A DNA stretch of 64,000 nucleotides from positions 64,001 to 128,000 of the forward strand of contig CAXXLX010000002.1 in assembly GCA_963665235.2 (NCBI GenBank), written 5' to 3'. Position 1 is the stretch's first letter, and each line of letters starts with the position of its first letter. Both the position numbers and the translations under genes were made by a program. The stretch comes from Candidatus Poribacteria bacterium. GTDB taxonomy: Bacteria > Poribacteria > WGA-4E > WGA-3G. Under the pieces are notes generated by a model. That model ran no database searches. It saw only the letters and a list, made by a program, of their open reading frames with translations, and was not told the origin of the DNA. Shown here piece after piece: positions 58,000-64,000 of the stretch.

Positions 58000-60900
58000 A
58001 TGTCAAAAACATTTTTCAATTCAATAATATGCATAATTGCCGTCCTGTGCCTAACGGTAAGTATAGCAAATGCACAAGACTTCACAGATGGCGATATTGT
58101 TCACATGGAAGATAGCGGCACACTAACAGATGCGAACCTTGTTGAGGTCGGCAATACAAGTAGTTCCACAACGCTTAACCTCTTTTTTCGGGTATCCATT
58201 GATGCCAGCGTTCAAGCCGATACAAAGATTGAAGCCACTGCACTTGTACCAACAGGCGGAACTGCCCCAATACCGACTTTCTCCTACAAAGACGGCCAGC
58301 AGCAGTGGAAAGACCTACAAACAACCACGAACGAGGATACCGTCAGCATAGCGTATAGTGTGCTTGAAGGTATCGCTACCGCGCAAGGCACGACTGATGT
58401 TCAAGTACGGGCAAACTTTACAACTGTACCGTCCACGCGGTTTCAGCTGGAACTCAATACAACCACACTCGATCGAGTATACTTCGATTGTCAACCTGGA
58501 GCTGTGTCACGGGCAGTTTATGACGTGACGAATGATGGGAAAATTGACGCTCTAGATATTCAAGCTGTAGCTGTTGCAATGATCAACAATTCGCTCACCG
58601 GTGATGTGAGTGAAGATGGCAATATTAACTATGTTGACTTCGATCTCGTTACATTCGCTGTGAGATTAGGTTTTAGTTTACCACCACCGACTACAAACCG
58701 TGCCCCAACAAAGGTGGGAACTATTCCCAACCAAACGGTAAATGTCGGGGCAACCGCCACCGTTGACGTAAGTGCTTACTTCACCGACCCCGATGGTGAC
58801 ACGCTAACCTATACCGCCAGTTCCTCGGATACGGCAAAAGCCACAGTTTCCGTATCGAGTGCCACGTTGACCCTCACAGGTGTCGCAGTAGGCACCGCCA
58901 CGATTACCGTCACGGCAACAGACCCCGACAGCTTGAGTGTAAACCAGACGTTCACTGCAACAGTTGTGCAGCCCAACCGTGCCCCGACCACCGTGGGGAC
59001 TATTCCGAACCAAACCGTAAATGTAGGTGAGGATGTCACCGTTGATGTGAGTAGTTATTTCAGTGATCCGGATGGAGATCCATTGAGTTACGCCTTCGAT
59101 TTTTCTGATCCGAGTAAAGTGAACGCTAGCACAACCGGCTCCACGGTTCTTTTAACCGGAGTAGCAGCGGGAACATTAACGGTAACCGTGACAGCGACCG
59201 ACACCGGTAATTTGACTGCCACTCAAACCTTCACGGTGACCGTTGTGCAGTCGAACCGTGCCCCGACCGCCGTGGGGTCTATTCCGGATCAAACGGTGAA
59301 TGTAGGTGGGACCGCCACAGTTGATGTGAGTAGTTATTTCACCGATGCGGATGGCGATACGCTAGTCTACACCGCTAGTTCCTCGGATACGGCTAAAGCC
59401 ACGGTTTCAGTATCGAGTGCCACGATAACCCTCACAGGTGTCGCGGTAGGCACCGCTACGATTACCGTCACGGCAACAGACCCCGACAGTTTGAGTGTAA
59501 ACCAGACGTTCACTGCAACAGTTGTGCAGCCCAACCGTGCCCCGACCACCGTGGGGACTATTCCGAACCAAACCGTAAATGTGGGGGCAGATGTCACCGT
59601 TGACGTGAGTAGTTATTTCAGCGATCCGGATGGAGATCCATTGCGTTACACCTTCGATTTTTCTGATCCGAGTAAAGTGAACGCTAGCGCAACCGGCTCC
59701 ACGGTTCTTTTAACCGGGGTAGCAGCGGGAACATTAACGGTAACCGTGACAGCGACCGACACCGGTAATTTGACTGCCACTCAAACCTTCACGGTGACCG
59801 TTGTGCAATCGAACCGTGCCCCGACCGCCGTGGGGTCTATTCCGGATCAAACGGTGGGAGCCACTACCGTTACAGTTGATGTCAGTACCTACTTCAGCGA
59901 TCCGGATGGTGATACGTTGAGCTATGCTGCTGTCTCCTCGGATACCACCAAAGTAACCGTCAGTGTGTCGAATGCAACGGTGAGCATCACACGAGCAGCT
60001 TTATCAGCAACAGGCACCGCCACGATAACCGTCACAGCGACTGACCCGGGCGGGTTAAGTGCTACCCAGACCTTCACTGCTAATGTTGGGCAGATTTACA
60101 GTCCACCAGTGGCAGAAGGCACCATTCCGAACCAAACACTGACTGTCGGTGGACCTGCTGGCACGGTTGATGTGACTAATTACTTCAGTGATGCCGGTAA
60201 CAATATATTAACCTACACCGCTGTCTCCTCTGATACAAGCAAAGTCACAGTGAGTGTGTCAAATGCAACGGTAACCCTCACACCAGTTGCAGTGGGGACA
60301 TCGACGATAACCGTTACAGCCACAAACCCCAATAATTTGAGTGCTACTCAAACCTTCACGGTGACCGTCGTGCCGCCCAACCGCGCACCACAACCAACCG
60401 ACAGCGACATTCCGGACCAAACGGTGAATGTCGGTGCAACTGCCACGGTTGATGTGAGTAATCACTTCAGTGACCCGGACGGTGATACCCTCACCTATAC
60501 CGCCGCCTCTTCGGATACCGCTAAAGCCACGGTTTCAGTCTCAAGTGCCACGGTAACCACCACAGGGGTAGCAGCTGGAACCGCAACCATAACCGTCACA
60601 GCGACTGACCCCGGCGGGTTGTCCGCTAACAAAACCTTCACTGTGACTGTCGTGCAGCCCAACCGCGCACCGGTGGCTGTAGGAACGATAGCGGATCGGA
60701 CATCTAGTCCCGGCTGGACTATCACATTTAACGTGAGTAGCAATTTTAGGGACCCTGATGGCGATACATTAACATATACCGCTAGCTCCGCTGATACCAC
60801 GATAGCAACCGTCAGTATCTCGGCAGCAGAGGTAAGCCTCAAGATGATCGCAGCGGGAACTGCAACCATAACCATCACAGCGACTGACCCCGGGGGATTG

Positions 60901-63900
60901 ACCGCTACGCAGACCTTTTCTGCAATTGTCGTGCAGCCGAACCGCGCACCGGTAGCAGTGGGGACTATTCCAAACCAGACTGTGACTCTGAGTGGAACCT
61001 CTGGGGGAACCCCTGTTACAGTTGATGTGAGCGGTTATTTCAGCGATCCCGATGGGGATACCCTCACCTATACCGCTGCATCATCGGATACAACCAAAGC
61101 AACGGTCAGTGTGTCAAGTGCCACGATAACCCTAACTGGTGTCGCAGCGGGAACCGCAACCATAACTGTCACTGCGACTGACCCCAGCGGGTTGTCCGTT
61201 AACCAGACCTTCACGGTGACCGTTGTGCAGCCGAATCGTACACCGGTTGTCTCGGCGACCATGCCGGATCTAACGCTGAACGTTGGTGAAACTACCGATT
61301 CAATTGATGCAAGTAATTACTTCAGTGATCCCGACGGCGATGGACTTTTCATGAGTGGACTTCTCATATCCGATGGGACCGTAGTCACAACGCATTCGGT
61401 GACGAATCCTTCTACGTTCAGACTCACCGGAGCGGCAGTGGGGAACACCACGATCACCGTGAGTGTTATAGACCCCGATGGGTTGAGTGCTACACAGAAC
61501 TTCACCGTGACTGTCGTGCTGGCGAATAGCACGCCAACAATCACAAACACAATTCCGGACATACAAATTTGGAACAGTTTCACCTACGATGTGTACGCAC
61601 ACGATTATTTCAGTGACCCTGATGGGGATGCGTTGACCTACACCGCAACCACTACCGATAGCAGCATCGCCCAGGTAGGCGTGGGGGGTGTGGGTAATTC
61701 TACGGTATCTATCCTCGCCAATGCTTTGGGGACAGTGACAATCACGATTACAGTCACAGATACCGGCGGGGCAACCGCCTCACAATCCTTTACTGCCACA
61801 GTCGTGCAATGGCCTCCGACCACGGTAGGCACCATTCCCGACCAAACCGTCATTGTGGGTGGGACTGCTACTATAGATGATGTGAGCAGCTACTTCAGGG
61901 CCCCAGATAACAAACCCCTCACTTACACCGCTGCATCATCTGATACAACCAAAGCAACGGTGAGTGTATCAAACGCCGGGGTAACCGTCACAGGGGTAGC
62001 AGGCGGAACCGCAACAATCACCGTCACAGCAACTGAACCCGCAGGGTTGTCGGCTGACCAGACCTTCACGGTGACTGTCCTGACGAACCGGGCACCAGTC
62101 ATCACTGACGCTATCCCAGACGTAAGTATTGAGAACAGTCGAGTTTATGGTATCTACGCACACGATCATTTCAGCGACCCCGATGGGGATGCGTTGACCT
62201 ACACCGCTACCACTACCGATAGTGCCATCGCCTCCGTAACCATAGGCGGCCCAGGTAATTCTACGGTATCTATCCTCGCCAATGCTTTGGGAACAGTGAC
62301 AATCACAATCACAGTCACAGACCCGAGCGGGGCAACCGCCTCACAGGCCTTCTCAGCCACGGTAGTCCAATCTAACCGGAAACCGACCCCCGTCGGCACA
62401 ATCTCGGACATAACGATGGGCTTGGGCACGACTGCCAGGCAGCTAGAAGTCAGCAGCTATTTCAGGGACCCTGATGGTGATACCCTCACCTACACAGCGA
62501 GCTCCGCTAATACAGCCTATGCAACAGTGAGTGTGTCCGATTCAACCTTAACCATCGCCAACGTCTCTGTGGGCGCAGCGGCTATAACCGTGACCGCCAA
62601 AGATCCCAAGGGTACAAGTGCTACACAGACGTTCACGGTAACCGTCAGGGCAAACACCGCACCGAGACGGACTGGCGGCCTCCCGGATTACTCTATTCGA
62701 GTACCCAATTCGGTCTCTTTCGATCTTAACACAATTTTCACCGACGACGATGGAGATCCATTGACCTATAGGGTCACCTCCGAGACGAAACCCTGGGGGA
62801 CAGCCACCATATCGGGTTCAACCCTCACCGCAACTACCGAGCGGACTGGTGCCGTACCATCAGCGGAAACAGGACGATGGGATATATCTGTCGCCGCCAA
62901 TGATGGAGTCGCAGACGCAACCAACAACGACTATCGAGTCTGGAGAATAACCGTGTGGCAACGCGGCTCAACGCAGTGGAATATACCAAACGCGGCACCC
63001 CAAACGGTTGGCACCATCTCCGCGAAAACCATCAACATAAACCAGCAGATTACCCTAGACACCAGCACCTACTTTAGTGAGGCTGATGGAGATGTCATGA
63101 TGTACGCGGCCAGCTCGGACACAACCACCGTAGCAACCGCAAGCATCTCAGGGACTACTGTAACCGTCACCGGTGTCGCCTTGGGCTCAGCGACAATAAC
63201 CGTCGTCGCTGACGATGGACAAAACACAAGAGCCAACCAGACATTCACTGTCACCGTGGCTAACACTAACAACAACGCACCGACAGCCTCGGGAACTATT
63301 CCCGCTCAAACGGTAAATGTCGGTAGCACTGGCACCGTTGACGTAAGCAGTTATTTCAGCGATGCGGATGGCGATGCGTTAACCTACACTGCAAGCTCTT
63401 CGTCTACTGGCACAGCAACCGTCAGTGTATCAAATGCCACGGTCACCATCACCGCAGTCGCAGCGGGAACAGCCACCATAACCGTCACAGCGACTGACAC
63501 CAGCGGGTTGACCGCTACCCAGACCATTTCTGTGACTGTTCCAACGCCAAATAGCGCACCGACAACCGTGGGAACTATTCCCAACCAAACGGTGGAAGTG
63601 GGTGGCACTGGCACAGTTGACGTAAGCGGCTACTTCAGCGACCCCAATAGCGATACCCTAATCTACACTGTGTCCTCTTCGTCTACTGGCACAGCAACCG
63701 TCAGTGTATCAGGTGCCACCGTCACCATCACGGGTGTCACAGCCGCAACCTCAGGTGTAACCATAAGTGTCACCGCGACAGACCCTGGCGGCTTGAGTGC
63801 TACGCAGACCTTCACAGTAAGCGTGAAACTGCAGAACAGAGCACCGACCGTATCGAATCAGATACCCGACATAACCTTTGATCCGGGTATAGACGTGGTT

Positions 63901-64000
63901 ATGTTTCCTTTGACAAATTTCAGCGATGCGGATGGCGATATCCTAACCTACACTGCAAGCTCTTCTGATACAAGCCTAGTCACGCTCAGGAGGGATGGGA
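58000..64000 (+). CDS. Very large surface protein paralog 15 (3'-truncated, >=2000 aa): signal peptide + unknown head + N-proximal dockerin-like pair + >=18 Ig-like repeats
   Basis: Absent from the ORF track because it has no stop in the window. ATG 58000 follows AAAGGGA. Translates as MSKTFFNSIICIIAVLCLTVSIANAQDF..., then DVTNDGKIDALDI...DVSEDGNINYVDF, then NRAPT.VGTIP repeats in frame to the edge. Confidence 0.9.
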   Translation, partial: MSKTFFNSIICIIAVLCLTVSIANAQDFTDGDIVHMEDSGTLTDANLVEVGNTSSSTTLNLFFRVSIDASVQADTKIEATALVPTGGTAPIPTFSYKDGQQQWKDLQTTTNEDTVSIAYSVLEGIATAQGTTDVQVRANFTTVPSTRFQLELNTTTLDRVYFDCQPGAVSRAVYDVTNDGKIDALDIQAVAVAMINNSLTGDVSEDGNINYVDFDLVTFAVRLGFSLPPPTTNRAPTKVGTIPNQTVNVGATATVDVSAYFTDPDGDTLTYTASSSDTAKATVSVSSATLTLTGVAVGTATITVTATDPDSLSVNQTFTATVVQPNRAPTTVGTIPNQTVNVGEDVTVDVSSYFSDPDGDPLSYAFDFSDPSKVNASTTGSTVLLTGVAAGTLTVTVTATDTGNLTATQTFTVTVVQSNRAPTAVGSIPDQTVNVGGTATVDVSSYFTDADGDTLVYTASSSDTAKATVSVSSATITLTGVAVGTATITVTATDPDSLSVNQTFTATVVQPNRAPTTVGTIPNQTVNVGADVTVDVSSYFSDPDGDPLRYTFDFSDPSKVNASATGSTVLLTGVAAGTLTVTVTATDTGNLTATQTFTVTVVQSNRAPTAVGSIPDQTVGATTVTVDVSTYFSDPDGDTLSYAAVSSDTTKVTVSVSNATVSITRAALSATGTATITVTATDPGGLSATQTFTANVGQIYSPPVAEGTIPNQTLTVGGPAGTVDVTNYFSDAGNNILTYTAVSSDTSKVTVSVSNATVTLTPVAVGTSTITVTATNPNNLSATQTFTVTVVPPNRAPQPTDSDIPDQTVNVGATATVDVSNHFSDPDGDTLTYTAASSDTAKATVSVSSATVTTTGVAAGTATITVTATDPGGLSANKTFTVTVVQPNRAPVAVGTIADRTSSPGWTITFNVSSNFRDPDGDTLTYTASSADTTIATVSISAAEVSLKMIAAGTATITITATDPGGLTATQTFSAIVVQPNRAPVAVGTIPNQTVTLSGTSGGTPVTVDVSGYFSDPDGDTLTYTAASSDTTKATVSVSSATITLTGVAAGTATITVTATDPSGLSVNQTFTVTVVQPNRTPVVSATMPDLTLNVGETTDSIDASNYFSDPDGDGLFMSGLLISDGTVVTTHSVTNPSTFRLTGAAVGNTTITVSVIDPDGLSATQNFTVTVVLANSTPTITNTIPDIQIWNSFTYDVYAHDYFSDPDGDALTYTATTTDSSIAQVGVGGVGNSTVSILANALGTVTITITVTDTGGATASQSFTATVVQWPPTTVGTIPDQTVIVGGTATIDDVSSYFRAPDNKPLTYTAASSDTTKATVSVSNAGVTVTGVAGGTATITVTATEPAGLSADQTFTVTVLTNRAPVITDAIPDVSIENSRVYGIYAHDHFSDPDGDALTYTATTTDSAIASVTIGGPGNSTVSILANALGTVTITITVTDPSGATASQAFSATVVQSNRKPTPVGTISDITMGLGTTARQLEVSSYFRDPDGDTLTYTASSANTAYATVSVSDSTLTIANVSVGAAAITVTAKDPKGTSATQTFTVTVRANTAPRRTGGLPDYSIRVPNSVSFDLNTIFTDDDGDPLTYRVTSETKPWGTATISGSTLTATTERTGAVPSAETGRWDISVAANDGVADATNNDYRVWRITVWQRGSTQWNIPNAAPQTVGTISAKTININQQITLDTSTYFSEADGDVMMYAASSDTTTVATASISGTTVTVTGVALGSATITVVADDGQNTRANQTFTVTVANTNNNAPTASGTIPAQTVNVGSTGTVDVSSYFSDADGDALTYTASSSSTGTATVSVSNATVTITAVAAGTATITVTATDTSGLTATQTISVTVPTPNSAPTTVGTIPNQTVEVGGTGTVDVSGYFSDPNSDTLIYTVSSSSTGTATVSVSGATVTITGVTAATSGVTISVTATDPGGLSATQTFTVSVKLQNRAPTVSNQIPDITFDPGIDVVMFPLTNFSDADGDILTYTASSSDTSLVTLRRDG

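Noticed and set aside
1169-63614. Numerous 60-190 aa minus-strand ORFs rich in V/A/T
   Set aside because: They are antisense shadows of the Thr/Val/Ala-rich repeat genes and recur with each repeat.
1-64000. tRNA, rRNA or known riboswitch
   Set aside because: I recognised none by eye. The intergenic hairpins are explained by repeat families. A covariance-model search was not possible.

Overview
This window is almost entirely a head-to-tail (+ strand) array of 15 paralogous large secreted/surface-protein genes. The first is cut by the 5' edge, the last by the 3' edge, and one is split by a +1 frameshift. All 14 genes with visible 3' ends share a constant ~370-400-aa C-terminal cassette: an 'ADAVPGLSS' junction, a lamin-tail-like domain, a dockerin/EF-hand-like pair, and a FlgD-Ig/Por-secretion-type tail (LLANYPNPFNPETWIPYQL...TRKMLILK). 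Upstream of it lies a variable N-terminus of shuffled Ca-binding Ig/cadherin-like repeats, FN3 repeats, unknown head domains or, once, a DUF4955/beta-helix polysaccharide-lyase-like enzyme. This architecture resembles Candidatus Poribacteria proteins (inference, not verified). Intergenic spaces hold nested small repeats: several GTAG-type REP-like palindromes, tandem arrays built on one 24-bp REP core (units of 30-34, 34-35, 42 and 103 bp), two ~150-bp MITE families with target-site duplications, and a 30-bp micro-element that sits inside other repeats. There are also IS3 and IS630 remnants. A REP is inserted in frame in the coding cassette of 6 paralogs. No rRNA, tRNA, CRISPR-Cas, integrase, reverse transcriptase or REP-associated transposase is visible. 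Domain names come from motif recognition by eye, not database searches.
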